In this document: positions 14,642 to 31,611 of the stretch, one piece after another
How positions within the stretch are numbered: position 1 is the first letter of the stretch
Layout: each line of letters starts with the position of its first letter
DNA from: the human T2T-CHM13v2.0 reference genome, Homo sapiens
DNA length: 64,000 nucleotides
Strand: one strand, 5' to 3'
NCBI RefSeq assembly: GCF_009914755.1
Contig: NC_060932.1
Program-made: the position numbers and the translations under genes
The notes under the pieces: model-generated
Seen by the model: only the letters and a program-made list of their open reading frames with translations
Databases searched by the model: none
Told to the model about the DNA's origin: nothing

Positions 14642-15438
14642 TGAAATGGGAGGGTTCCCTTATTCCCCTTGCAGGACGTGTGACAGGGGTGTGGTTCACC
14701 CTGTGAGTTGCCCCTCTGCCCTGCTGCTCAAACCCCTAGGGGGAGCATGCAGACATGCAGTGCAGAGGCTTTTGGGGGTGGGTGCTGTTGAGCTCCAGGC
14801 CCATGGCAGCATCTAGGAGTGGGTGTCTACGACTCCCGAGGCCGCAGTGCACATGTGTTATAGTGTATTCTTTCAGCTTTGCCGTCTGCCGACAGCTTGT
14901 GTTAATCAGCTAAATGGAACCTCTGCCTTATCGCAAGGGCAGGGGCCAGTGTGACAGTGTGAGTTCTTGCCCAGTGTACTGGAAGAACTGGATCCCATGT
15001 GGGCTGGAAGGATGAGTACAAGGTTTTATTGAGCGGTGGAGGTAGGTCTCAGCAAGATGGATGGGGAGCCGGAAGTGGGGATGGCTTGGGAAGGTGGTCT
15101 TCCCCTGGATTTGGCCACCCAGCAGCCAGACTCTTCTCTGACTGCCTCCAGTTGAACTCCCCTCAGCATCCAGAGATCCTTCTTCTTCTCTCTTTCTCTG
15201 CCATGCAGCCCCACCGCTCTCTGCTGCTCTGTTCCTCTGCTCCTCTCGACGTTCAGCTGCCTGTGTCTGTGCCTGCTAAGGTCTCGAACTTAAAAAGACA
15301 CAGGGTGGGGGGCGTGGTGAGCCAAAACAGAAATGCCCGTCCTCACATAGGGCCACGGGTCTTCAGGCTTGAGGGTGGGACCTTTGCCAGGGAACTGCCC
15401 TCTTCTACCCAGTATTTCCCTGTCTCCTGTGTGTATCA
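14642..15438 (-). mobile_element. ERV1 solo LTR, LTR1/LTR27/LTR28 group (~797 bp)
   Basis: TG...CA termini; 4-bp TSD CCAC (14638-14641 and 15439-15442); minus-strand start TGATACACACAGGAGACAGGGAAATACTGGGTAGAAGAGGGC. Confidence 0.85.
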
Positions 15439-15686
15439 CCACTACTTACCATACCCAGTGCTTTTTCTCAATGCCACCTTCCTATATCGTGCAATTCCTC
15501 TGCCTGTCTTCTTCCTTCTTCCTCTCTCCTTGACCACCACTTATGTCTGGTATGGGAGCTGTTAGGGTAATGAAGTTGTTCCTACCTTTAAAGGCTGGAT
15601 CACACATGCAGATGACAGTGAGGCACGTGCTTGGAGGGCGGACGGTGACAATGCTTGTTGCTGCGGGCCAGGAGAAGGGTATGTTC

Positions 15687-15978
15687 TTTTTGTTTTTGAG
15701 ACGGAGTCTCGCTCTGTCGCCCAGGATGGAGTGCAGTGGCGAGATCTCGGCTCACTGCAAGCTCCGCCTCCCGGGTTCACGCCATTGTCCTGCCTCAGCC
15801 TCCTGAGTAGCTGGGAGTACAGGCGCTCACCACCACGCTCGGCTAATTTTTTGTATTTTTAGTAGAGACGGGGTTTCACCGTGTTAGCCAGGATGGTCTC
15901 GATCTCCTGACCTCGTGATCCGCCCGCCTCGGCCTCCCAAAGTGCTGGGATTACAGGCGTGAGCCAAAGCGCCCGGCC
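15687..15978 (-). mobile_element. AluY
   Basis: Y diagnostics gcaagctccgcctcccgggttcacgccatt, ccgtgttagccaggatgg, gacctcgtgatccgccc; many CpGs retained. Confidence 0.93.
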
Positions 15979-16509
15979 AAGACATGTTCTTAAGAGGAAG
16001 CCCTGCAGAAATAACCTCCTCTGAGGTTATGCACAAGTCAGAGACCATTGCAGTCATCACTCGTCTCACATTTTTTTGGAAATGAGGTTTCTCAGTCCCA
16101 TCATGCCAGGTCAGTGGATACTTCCAGGACAAACATTTTATGAAACTGAGAGCGATCTTGGAATTTCCTCCATTGCATGTTAGAAGTACATACTATCTTG
16201 TTGCATAGTCTGAAAAGTCTGCCACCCACCTACAGAAGCAAAAATTCTAAAAGAAGGTCCTTATCTTTTTTTAGCCTCAAAGAAATAGATTTCCAATATT
16301 CTCAAAATGCTGGAGTATTCCTGCTACATTTGTATATATTTCACAATAAAATAGCACTTGGCATTTCTCAAATTTGAAAATTATATTCACTTATTTCAAA
16401 GAAAATACAATTCTCAAGAATCCCAGAAAATAAATGCTGACTTTAGAAACTAGTCTGTTTCACAAAAACATCTCTTAGTTGCAAATTGCCATTGCACTAA
16501 GAATGTAAT

Positions 16510-16880
16510 ATTTTTACTTTATATTAGGAAAAATTTCAAATATATACAAAAGTATACAGACACAAGTGATATAAGCAGGCGATACGCATACCGTCACCCC
16601 GTTTCAACAATGACCGTTCATGGCTAATCTTGCTTTTCCCTTTACATGTACTTTGATTGAATTACTATAAGGCAAATCCTAGACATCGTTATCATTTTGT
16701 TTGTAAACATTTCAACATGAATCTCTAAAAGACAAAGACTATTTTTTCACAAGATAAATCACAATTCCATTATCTCATTTAATTTTTCACTGTAATTAAA
16801 TATCTAGTCTGTTACATTTTCCCAGAATATCTCATAAATGTTTTCGTTACAATTGATTTGTTCAAATCAGAATTCAACTT
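16510..16880 (-). mobile_element. Old L1M (MC-like) fragment
   Basis: aaaatttcaaatatatacaaaagta...gcaaatcctagacatc...ttgatttgttcaaatcag. Confidence 0.55.
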
Positions 16881-17093
16881 TTTATCTTATAGCAAGTAAA
16901 TAAGCAAATGTTTACTATTATCGTCAGAATAAAAACACCATCTTTTTTTTAAAAAAATTGGGGGATTATTTCCTAAACTCTAGGCCCACAAAATCAGTGG
17001 ATCAAAGTTTGTGAAACATTTGTGCAAAAGTTAAGTGTGGGCTTGGGAATGAAATCAGTTCTGGGTTTGAATCTTGAGTCCTGACTGCTGTTT

Positions 17094-17194
17094 AATCCCA
17101 GCCTGTCTTGGAGTTTCTGAGGAATTCTGACTGAAATGATTACTGACTGCAGCTTCAGGTGACAACCATCTTACTGATGGTCAGTGCGTGCTAG
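17094..17194 (+). repeat. Dispersed direct repeat, copy 1 (101 bp)
   Basis: Ungapped match to 18390-18490 with 10 mismatches. Confidence 0.95.
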
Positions 17195-17269
17195 CTAGGT
17201 GACTTTGAGCATCTCACAAATGAACAACTTCTTTCATAAATAAAGTTACGACCATCTTGTACTCTCATG

Positions 17270-17410
17270 CAGGGTCACCAGATAAAACACAAGAGGCTCA
17301 GTTACATATGAATTTTAGAAAAACAACAGATTTTCATAAGTATATCCCGAGCAAAAATCCCAATGTCACTGAGCCTCCAGTGTTTTTATTTGCTAAATCT
17401 GGCAGTGCTG
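17270..17410. mobile_element. MER53 palindromic hAT MITE (internally deleted)
   Basis: cagggtcaccagataaaacaca...tttttatttgctaaatctggcagtgctg termini. Confidence 0.75.
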
Positions 17411-17739
17411 CCTTCATGGTTATTTTGTGGCTTTCATGGGGTGACACATGTAAAGTGCTTAACACAAAGCCTGACACATCGTCACTGCATGATCGACATC
17501 AGCTGTTCCGCAGAGTCCACCCTTCGGGAGAAATGGGAGGGAGGGGCCCCTCCTTGGGCTCCCATCTGCTCTCTGCTTTGTTTGAGGACTGCTCCCCAGG
17601 TGGGAGACAGCCATCTTCTCCTAGCTAGAAGTTTGAGTTACAGCCAGTAATTACCTCCTGTAGGATTCCAAGTCTAGCTAAAGCATTGTAGTTTGCTTCA
17701 GCAGCCTGCCATGTTTCTGATAACAAAGATATTTCTGAC

Positions 17740-17922
17740 TTCTACTTAAAAATTGAGAGCTCTGGCAGCTCTGGGGCTACACTCCCACCTGGCACCCATC
17801 AGGGGAGCTGTGTAGCAGCTGCTCCCTTTAGTTGGGCATGTGCTTGCCAGTTTGCCATCTGGTCCATTCACCTACTCAGATCACTTGCCTGGACCCTGTG
17901 GGTATTTGAGTTTGCTACCGCC
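17740..17922. mobile_element. MER102-like hAT-Charlie
   Basis: ggagctgtgtagcagctgctccctttag...gcctggaccctgtgggtatttgagtttgc. Confidence 0.65.
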
Positions 17923-18389
17923 GTGCCTCATCCCCAGCCCTCTCCCTCTGCTGCATCTTTGGCTCCAGAAAATGCTGAGCATTTTCTGTATAGAGAGGAG
18001 AGGCTGGGGGTTGGAGAGCGGGGTTTGCTAGGAGAAAAGGAGAAAAAAAATGATCCAAAGACAACATCTTTAATGGCCCAATTCAAGCAACTGTGAATTG
18101 CATTGCCCATGACGCAGAAAAAAAAAAAAAAAAAAAGAGAGAGGGGTTTAGTACGAATAAGAATGGAAACAAACCAAAAAAGGGAAGGGCAGTGTGGTTA
18201 TGAGTCTGGCTGGGGTTTAAGGGGCTCAGGAAGAAAATAGAGAAGCAGATGAAAAAAGACAAGTAACCAAAAACTGCAAGGAATGAGGAGGTTAGCTAAT
18301 AGGAAGAAAAGAGAGAGAAGAAATGACAGGTTCATACTAACTATTAGAAACAAACATTTTCCTCAGTGGAGTAGAGTCTCTGCAAATAG

Positions 18390-18490
18390 AATCCCGGCCT
18401 GTCTTGGAGTTTCTGAGGAATTCTGATTGAAATGATCACCAACTGCAGCTTCAGGTGGCATCCATCTTACTGATGGTCAGTTTGTGGTAG
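18390..18490 (+). repeat. Dispersed direct repeat, copy 2 (101 bp)
   Basis: Ungapped match to 17094-17194. Confidence 0.95.
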
Positions 18491-19028
18491 AATCCAGTTT
18501 GGGATCTGAAGGGTAGCGAATGGGATTTAAGGCCTTTGCACCTCATGTGTCTTTCCCACTGGTGTGCCCAAAAGCTGTTGACAGAGTGACTTTGAGACAT
18601 GGTGTTGCAATGACTGCTTCAAATGGACCTTTATGTGGTTCCCAGCCTTTCTTCTTACTCACTGAAAGCAGCTTCTGAAAGATCCTGTTTCTCCCAAATG
18701 GGCATGCAATTATTGGAAAGAAAATCTGCAGAAGGGAATTCTGTCATGTAAGAGCTGCTTTGAGAAAGAGGAAATAAGGGTCTTTGCCTTCTGGGGGAGA
18801 ATAAGCAACTTCATAGGGAGGAGATATACCATGTTCAGCAAGAGCCCTCCTGAAGCACATGATTCTCTGGGCTTCAGTCACCTAGGCAAAGGACCATCCC
18901 TCTCTAGTGGGGAGGTAGCTTCCTCATCCATAGGCAGCTGGTTTCATCAAGACGAGAAGCACAGAGGTTAAAAACAATGTGGGGGAATGATGGAACTTAT
19001 TGTACAGGAACTCAGACTATCTCTGTTT

Positions 19029-19096
19029 ATGCAATTGGCATTACATGCCTTTCTGTAAATAACAATGCAATTGTCATTACATGCCTTTCTGTAAAT
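19029..19096. repeat. 32-bp tandem duplication with 4-bp spacer
   Basis: atgcaattg(g/t)cattacatgcctttctgtaaat occurs twice. Confidence 0.95.
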
Positions 19097-19099
19097 GTG

Positions 19100-22060
<2,961 letters not shown>

Positions 22061-23092
22061 GTTGTGGTTCACATTTGCATTTGAGATTCTCTCCTGCCTG
22101 TTTGTAAATGCTACATCTTGTCAACCTCACTTGTCCCAGTGATGTAAGGAAGGGGGAGGGTGTGCTGTCAGGGTGTGTTCTAATCAATAACTGGTATCCT
22201 GGGTCTAGGTCTCCCATGCTCCCCCTGGCTGTGAGCTGCTTCTGGGTCCGAAGTGCTCACAGCCACTCCTGAATGTAACTGAAGGGAAACATTCCCGCCT
22301 GCCATTTTGTGACATCCCAACCTTTCATGCTGTTGTGCTTTGTGCCACGTGGAAGCTAAAAACACCCTTAGCTTCCAAGGGTGTTCCTGGAACTACACCC
22401 ACCATAGACAGCAGGCTTCTTCTCTCTTTGGGCTTCATTTATTTTATTTTATGAATATCCAATTTTTAAATGTGCTGGATCAAAATAGTTTGCAGCCCCC
22501 TGACACATCGCAGGATCACATAATAGAATTGACTCCTTTCATAACCTTAGTTTCAGAAGGTCTCACATTTGTATTACATAATTTAAAATATTTACACTTT
22601 GAATTTGCTTCAGACTGTCCCTTTAAAAAACAAGGAAACATTTTCCAGTTTAAAGTGAGATGTTTCTTGGAATTATGTTGCACATTTCACTGTGTTCCAG
22701 AGGGTTTATAATTAATAGTCAAAGCAGCACCTGCTCTAAATCTTAATTGCTTTCTTCCCCACGAAAACTGATTCTGCAAGTGTTGGTGAATTGATTTGTG
22801 CTACGTAAGAATGGCTGCAATCTCGGCTTTGGCATACGCAGTTTAGAAAACTGAACCCAGTATTGAAATTTTTCCCAAGGAAAAAATTAATTATATTTGT
22901 TTCAGATATTCAAGTCAAGTACCTGCGAATGGCTGTGATGGCAACAGTACCATTATTACCATTTTGGGTCACCCATGACTCAGGGGGTGAGGTCTATGTT
23001 CAGACATCTGAAGAGATCCAGAAAGTGTTATAATTTATCTGATAACAATAGAAACGTTCTAGAATTCAGTAACTTTGTTTAGCATAAACTGT

Positions 23093-23782
<690 letters not shown>

Positions 23783-25696
23783 CTGCCCTAATTCCCTTTG
23801 TATTCAGCCTCCTCATCACTTTCATTTCAGTGCATCCCTCTGTGTAATGGGGTCCTGGGATCCAAGTCCACCTGTGCCAGTCACGGATGTGCCTGTGAGT
23901 CCATCACTCACCTTCCTTGAACCTCGTCTTGCTCATCCTACAGAAGGGTTCAGAGTCAGGCTTGGCAAATGCACAGCCTGCAGCTGTAGTAGAGTTGGCA
24001 TCAGCTTTAAGACTCTGTGAATAAGATTTAATTCAGAAAATATTTACGGAAATACCGCTTTTGTAAATTAAACTGCATTAAAAAGAATATCTTCCATTAC
24101 TTTTTCTTTTTTAAAAAGTCACATGTATTTGTTTCAGAAGAGAAAAAGAGACAGAGAGAGAGAAGCGAACGAAGTAAATTTCCTGCACTGCTTTAGTTAT
24201 AGCCTTCAATACTTAATCAGCTGCATTTTAAATGTCCTAGGGGGATGCGGACCTTAAAAGAAGCAGAAAATGAATTCTTTTGTAATATGAATGCTTGATT
24301 TGTTAGCTCAATTTTTCATGTAGTAAATTTACTCTTAAAAGTATTCAGTGGTATTTCTTGTAATAGACTCATCCTTTCGTTCAGAAAACCCTTCAAGGGT
24401 CCTTCTGCTGGAAGACCATTTCTTGTCCCTACTTCTTTCTGTGTCACCTCTTGAGTCAAGACTACTCTTTTTTGTGTATAATTGCAGGTGTTTTTGTTTC
24501 AATTTCACAGTGTGGGGCAAAAGGCCCACTTGTCTTTTGATTGGCTCACCATCCGTGCATTTAAGGGCCCTAAGTTGCAGAAACTCTGGTGACTCAGTGC
24601 AGACAATGAGATACCAGTCAAATACCTAAGTGAGCTTTATTGGTGTTGCATTATAAATCTATTCTCTAAAGGAAGCATTTTTAAAACATGATTTACTTTG
24701 GGGGTGAATTTATTGCTTTTTTCCCAGTCCCTTGGGTGGAGAGGTAGGTGAGGGGCCAGGACAGCGAACTGATAATTGCTCCAGAGGGGCTGAGGGAGAG
24801 AGCTGCCAGCCTCACTCTGACCATGTATTTCATTAAATGCTTAAGTGGAGTAATCAGATTCAAGCGCAGACCAAAGAGGCGCTGGAAGACTTGAAAGGCA
24901 TAGGTCATGTCACATCTCAGGTCTTATTGTAGCTGTTGTTCTGACATCCCCTATCTGAATGTAGAACAAGGAGGCCCATTATTAGTCTGCCCTGAAGGAA
25001 CGATCATCATAAAAGGAAGCCAGGCTGATTAATTCAGTCATGGTCTTTTGGATTCCCAGTTCAGCTTCTCATGTTAATGAAACATGCGTAGTCGTTACAG
25101 TAGCTGTTGAAATTACCTGTCATATTTACGGTTTACCACAGCCTTTTCTTCTGAGGTTTCTAACAAAATGACAGGGATTTCCCAGTAGTCTCGTTCTTTA
25201 TTTCTCTGGGTTTATTTGAGATGACAGTAGATGCAAGATGTGAGTTTTAAAAATGTCTATTTTTCCAAAAGAAGATTTATTTGATTCTCCAAAAACGTCT
25301 TCTTTTGTATAAAAAGATAGCTATTCACAGTATTGTCTTATTATCATAAGTATAGCATGTCAAAGCACGTTGATTAAAGCAACCAAGTGCACAGTGCTCA
25401 AACACAAGTCACCCTCGCAAGGTTTTCAATAGATTGGCAGTATAAATGTAGGCATATATATCTCAAATATATGTACATTTTATATGATGATTTTAGGTCT
25501 CGACATAAATTTTGGAGGCTGTTTTATTTGCTTGGTGCATATTTACAAAACATATCCTGAAGAAAATATGAGATCGGTATTTATAATTTCTAATGTACTT
25601 TAGACATCAGCTTTATAGCATTAATTATTAATATACTATTGGAAATAATTATAAAATGCTGGAAGCTCTGTAGTCATTTGAATTTATCTACAGTGA

Positions 25697-26041
<345 letters not shown>

Positions 26042-26395
26042 TAAGGGATTTCTCTGCATTGTGTGAGTGAAATAAGACACTATTTCTAGGTTGTAGGGAA
26101 ATGATGCTTCAGTAGAGGGACAGCATCTTTTGCAGAAAGGGGGCAATGAACTGCTACAGATACGGATGATGGGTAGATATTCAGGCCAAATACAACTGGG
26201 CCACTAGGTGAAGGATCATTAGTCCATATGGAGGTAAAAGAGAGAGCTCAATTCTCATGCAACGACCCTGGGTGAATCTTCAATTTGGTCTCACACGGTG
26301 ACATTCTGACCCACAACGTAAGAACAGCACATAAATGCAACCTACTTAATGTTGACTCCAGGAGTGGGACGAGTGCAGTCAGTGGGTTCCGGCTA

Positions 26396-26713
<318 letters not shown>

Positions 26714-26906
26714 TCAGAGATAGGCTCTACTTAATTATTGTTCTCGTATTTGAATTAAAGGACTTACCTGTTTCTGGTTAGAAATTGATGGACATTTTCC
26801 TTCCTTGGGTGGGTTAAAAAAATAGCAGCCATGATTTGTATTAGCCTCTTTGGTTTTCTCTGCTACTTGTGTTTTTCTCAGCAGTTTGTCATTTAATGTG
26901 TTAAAG

Positions 26907-27115
26907 TCATGGTTCTCAATCGGAAGTGATTTTGTCCCCCAGAGGACACTTGGCAATGTCGGGAGACATTTTTGTTGTCACAGCCAGGAGGCAGAGTGGT
27001 GCGAAGATGTGGAAGAGGCCAGGGATAGTTAATAAGCACCCTACAATACACAGTAGAGCTCCCCCAACAGTTTTCCAATCCAAATTATCAATGGTGCCAA
27101 GGTAGAGAAACCCTG
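26907..27115. mobile_element. MER20
   Basis: ggttctcaatcgg...ttggcaatgtcgggagacattttt...gtgccaaggtagagaaaccctg; 8-bp TSD tgtta(a/g)ag. Confidence 0.9.
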
Positions 27116-27234
27116 TGTTAGAGAATAACATGATCTTTTCAAAGCATGAGGCTGGGGGAGATGTGAAGATGATGGTCTGAGTGGAAGGGGATAATATTTT
27201 TCTAGAGGTCGGTCTCTTGGTTGTGAAAACTTAA

Positions 27235-27736
<502 letters not shown>

Positions 27737-28758
27737 TCATATCCTTTCTTAAATGCTGTTTTATTTCACCATGAAATACCACCCATGAGAAACACAACCC
27801 TGGAGCCTGCAACCTAATTCATACAGCTGAATCCTTCTTTAAATTAAAGAATGTTGATGGCAGGAGCCGATAACAACTGCACATTTTTTTTTCTGGCATT
27901 CGCAGAGAGACATGTATTTCAAAAAGCTGCCTCTTCTTTCCAATAACCATTAGAGGAAACGTAAAGCAATTTACCCTTTGAAGTTTTTTCATTAACAAAG
28001 GGTGGGGGGAAGAGTGGTGGAGAGAAAGAATGAAAAAAGGAACTTTCCTCAAAGGAAATATTCTAGACAGATGACTTGATTTAGGGCTCTTAATGCACTC
28101 AGCTTTTTAACAGTCTGAATAACTCAGCAAGACTGAAACAAAGAAGGTTCTAAAAAAGCAACCCGTGGCTGGGACTGTGGGTAATGAAATTTGCTTTGAA
28201 CAATATGATCACTGTATGTGCATGTTTCAAATGATCACCACAACATACACACAAAAATCTTTGTTCTGTTAATGCTGTTCTAATCTTAGAACCAGATTAG
28301 ATCTTGTGCTCTTCCCACTGTGGAATTTCGCTTCCCATGGAAATAGTTGCTCCTTCCTTATCCTTACGAGTGGGTAGAAGACAGTATTTCAAGCAGTGAG
28401 AGATGTTCTAAGGCGGAGGTGGCGAAGATGTGTGACATGAACGTCACAGCTGCTGGTCTCTACTCCCTCTCCTTTCCCATGGACAACACTGTAAAATCAT
28501 CACCACCTCTTTCTGGTTGAGCCCAAACAAGGTCTCAGAATCCTCACATGGCATTTCCTTCTGTTCTAAGACACTCGAAGAAGTCTCACTGTAGACTAGA
28601 AGATCTGGCCAGAGGTGTTTAGTGTCCCTTTTCACCCATACAATGCAGCCCAGAATGTTGCTCTTTATGAAATACAGCCAAGCAACTGCACTACTTTAGC
28701 TGGACCAGAAGTATCTGTGAATCCTGAATGATCAGGTGAACTACTCAGTTTTCATAAC

Positions 28759-29275
28759 TGTAGTGGACTGATCACAAAACAGCTCCAACCACCCCCTATA
28801 TCCATACTCTATGAAATGTGATGTTGCAGCTACTCCCATCAAGACATGTGACTGCTTTGCACCTTGTATTTGATCTGATCTAGTGACTTGCTTTGGCCAA
28901 TAGAATAAAGTGAAAGTGACAATGTGAGGGCTGCCTGGGCCTCAGAGGGCTTCGTGCTCTTCCACTGTGTCTCTGGCTCCTCTGTCCTCCTCCTGACACT
29001 GTTTCTACATCCGCTGCTAGCCTGCTGGAGGACGGCGAAGTGGAGCAGAGCCAAGTCAGCCCACTGGGCCTAGCCAAGTCCCCAGATTTGAAAGGGAGCT
29101 CAACCAAGATCACCAAAACCACCTAGACTGCCACCACCAACCACAGATGCATAAGTGTGCCCTGCTGAGTCCAGTTCAGATCAACACATCCAGAGCAGTG
29201 AGCAAAAATCCGTGTTTATTACATTATACATCTGAGGTGAGCAGTGGTTTATGAAACAGTAATAGCTAACATACA
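28759..29275 (+). mobile_element. MLT1 (F/G/H-like) MaLR LTR
   Basis: gcagctactcccatcaaga...gtgacttgctttggccaatagaa...aatagctaacataca. Confidence 0.7.
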
Positions 29276-29317
29276 ATAACAAATCTCTGCTCAATTTGCA
29301 CCTCGTCTATGAAGTAT

Positions 29318-29627
29318 TCTTTTCTTTTTTCTTTTTTTTTTTTTTTGAGACTGAGTCTCACTTTATCACCCAGGCTGGAATACAGTGGCGTGATTTTGGC
29401 TCACTGCAATTTCCACCCAGGTTCAAGCAATTCTCGTGCCTCAACCTCCCGCGTAGCTGGAATTACAGGTGCTTGCCACCATGCCCGGCTAATTTTTGTA
29501 TTTTTAGTAGTAGAGACGAGGTTTCACCATGTTGGCCAGGCTGGTTGCAGACGCCTGACCTCAAGTAATCCACCTGCCTCAGCCTCCCAAGGTGTTGGGA
29601 TTACAGGCGTGAGCCACTGTGCCCAAC
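29318..29627 (-). mobile_element. AluS
   Basis: Full reverse Alu. Confidence 0.9.
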
Positions 29628-30269
29628 TACAAATTATTCTTAACCACTTCAACCATACTGACTTCTTGCTTTTCTGCACACCAGGAAGAACTCACTGACC
29701 AAGCCCATGGTTCCCAACTTTTGTTCCAGTAACAAAAACTTTATGTATAACTTTGTGCTATACCTTTAACGCTTGGGAGTTGAAAAAACAAACCATCATG
29801 ATCACCTGAATTCAGTAACCATTACAAATGAATATTTATTTTCATAATCACATCACTGTATGCACGTGAAAAGAATAGTATGCATATGTATGAGATATTA
29901 TGTATTCAGTCAAAAAACAATGTGTGGTTCAGCTGGAGATTCAAAGCCTCCTTATTAAACTTGAGTGTTCTTTGGGAGTCTTGGACCCCAGTGATGGAAA
30001 ACGTTGGTCCTTGCTTGCTTTTTAACATTTACTCATGCAATATTTGGGAATGTGAGTTAAATGTTCTCCCAGGTATCCTGTGACATTGTTCATGTTTCAG
30101 AGGAGGGATTCTGTCTTGTCCTTCCCTCGCCCTGTTTAGTGCCCCACCTTGTAGCACATAGAACCATGTTGTGCACACAACAGCATCAGTGTGGATGAGG
30201 CTGGTTCCAGCCACCCAGGCCTTGTGCTATTTGGAAGGCTGTACCTTCTAGTCATTAGACAAGCAGGCT

Positions 30270-30490
30270 CTGCAGTCAATGGGCCTGGGTTCAATACCTG
30301 GCTCTGCCACTTACTAGCTCTGTGACCTGGAGCAAGTCACTTACTTAGCCTCTCTGCCTCAGTCTACTTATCTGTAAAATGGGCATATTCTTATATCCTC
30401 ATTAGCACCCATCATTTAAGGTTCTTGTGAGGATTAAATGAATTAATACATATAAGACACTTAGCTCATTGCCTGGCACATATTAACATG
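30270..30490 (+). mobile_element. MIR
   Basis: cctgggttcaatacctggctctgccacttactagctctgtgacc...gtgaggattaaatga. Confidence 0.9.
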
Positions 30491-31402
30491 TTAATTTGTT
30501 AATATTAACTTATTAGTAATATAATATAAATATTAACTTAAATTATTGTTAATAATGAAGTCCTTAGAAAGAGTACCTGGTGCAAGTAAATGTCATTAAA
30601 CATTAGATGTTGTTATTAATGTTGGTATTGTTATTATTACTATGAAACCCTCAAAGTCCCTGAAAATTTTTGATTTGTTTAAAAAGACATTTTGCCAATA
30701 TCATTGCTAAATATATAATCCATGATCTAACTCAGCAAAGCTCCTCAATATGGTAAATTTGGGGCATAACTTTGGTTACTTTTGGTAGGTGGTACTCGAT
30801 TTCATGTGGGCAGACAGACCATTCTGAGGAAGCAGCCAGCTCCCTTTCTGTGCAGGAGGGAATATCTGACAGGTCCTTGCAAAGTGTTTTTCTGGTCAAC
30901 ATTCTCTTCTGATCCTTGGAGTTGTTCATGCTCACTTTCTATACTGTGAGCCCTTTCACATTCAGGAGAAAGAGAGGTAAAATCTGGGGACACCTAAAAA
31001 GGAGGTTTCTAATGTACTGTTGAAATGATACGGTGTCTGGGATTGATTGCTTCAAAATAGTTACGAGGTTGAGGACAGGAGAGAGTGAAGCTATTAAACC
31101 AGATTGGCCATAGATTAATGACTTGAGATTGGATGATGGATACATGAGATTTCATTTTCTTGTTCTCTCTGCTTTTGTGCATACTTAGCAGTTTCCATAA
31201 TTAAAAAATTTAAAAAAAACCTGCATGTACCCTGTTAAGAGGGCTAAACAAAGAGATTTCATTGTCTTCTAAGATAATGTATTATATTGTCTCTGAACAC
31301 TTGCTTTTAGTTAAATGTTTCCTTTTACTTATTCTTACATGAGTCTATTCTTCACCTAAGGTTCATTTCTCACGGCCAATGAAAAAAGAGCCCATGACCC
31401 CT

Positions 31403-31606
31403 TGTATTAGTCCATTTTCACACTGCTGTAAAGAAATACCTAAGACTGGGTAATTTAAAAAGCAAAGAGCTTCAACTGACTCACAGTTCCACGTGGCTGA
31501 GAAGGCCTCAAGAAACTTACAATCATGGCAGAAGATGATCCCTCAATACCTGGGGATTACAATTCAAGATGAGATTTGGATGAGGACACAGAGCCAAACC
31601 ATATCA
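31403..31606 (-). mobile_element. THE1/MSTA LTR with internal deletion
   Basis: tgtattagtccatttt...ccaaaccatatca termini only 204 bp apart; 5-bp TSD cccct/tccct. Confidence 0.85.
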
Positions 31607-31611
31607 TCCCT

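Larger units (their letters stand above)
17035..17505 (+). mobile_element. MIR interrupted by two insertions
   Basis: ctgggtttgaatc..., ctagctaggtgactttgagc..., catgtaaagtgcttaacacaaagcctgacaca pieces in MIR order. Confidence 0.65.

Noticed and set aside
14743-14760. p53 response element (gagCATGcag / agaCATGcag) in the LTR
   Set aside because: Both half-sites miss the 3' YYY and they overlap rather than abut.
14999-15565. 188-aa ORF, the longest outside L1
   Set aside because: Lies almost wholly in the antisense strand of a GC-rich solo LTR; no recognisable domain or gene structure.
17140-17185. Box C/D snoRNA within the duplicated unit (ATGATTA...CTGA)
   Set aside because: The span is too short (~35 nt) and the C-like box is not conserved in copy 2.
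17094-18490. The two 101-bp direct repeats as LTRs of a small retroelement
   Set aside because: No TG...CA ends, TSD, PBS or PPT; the interior consists of MIR, MER53 and MER102 relics.
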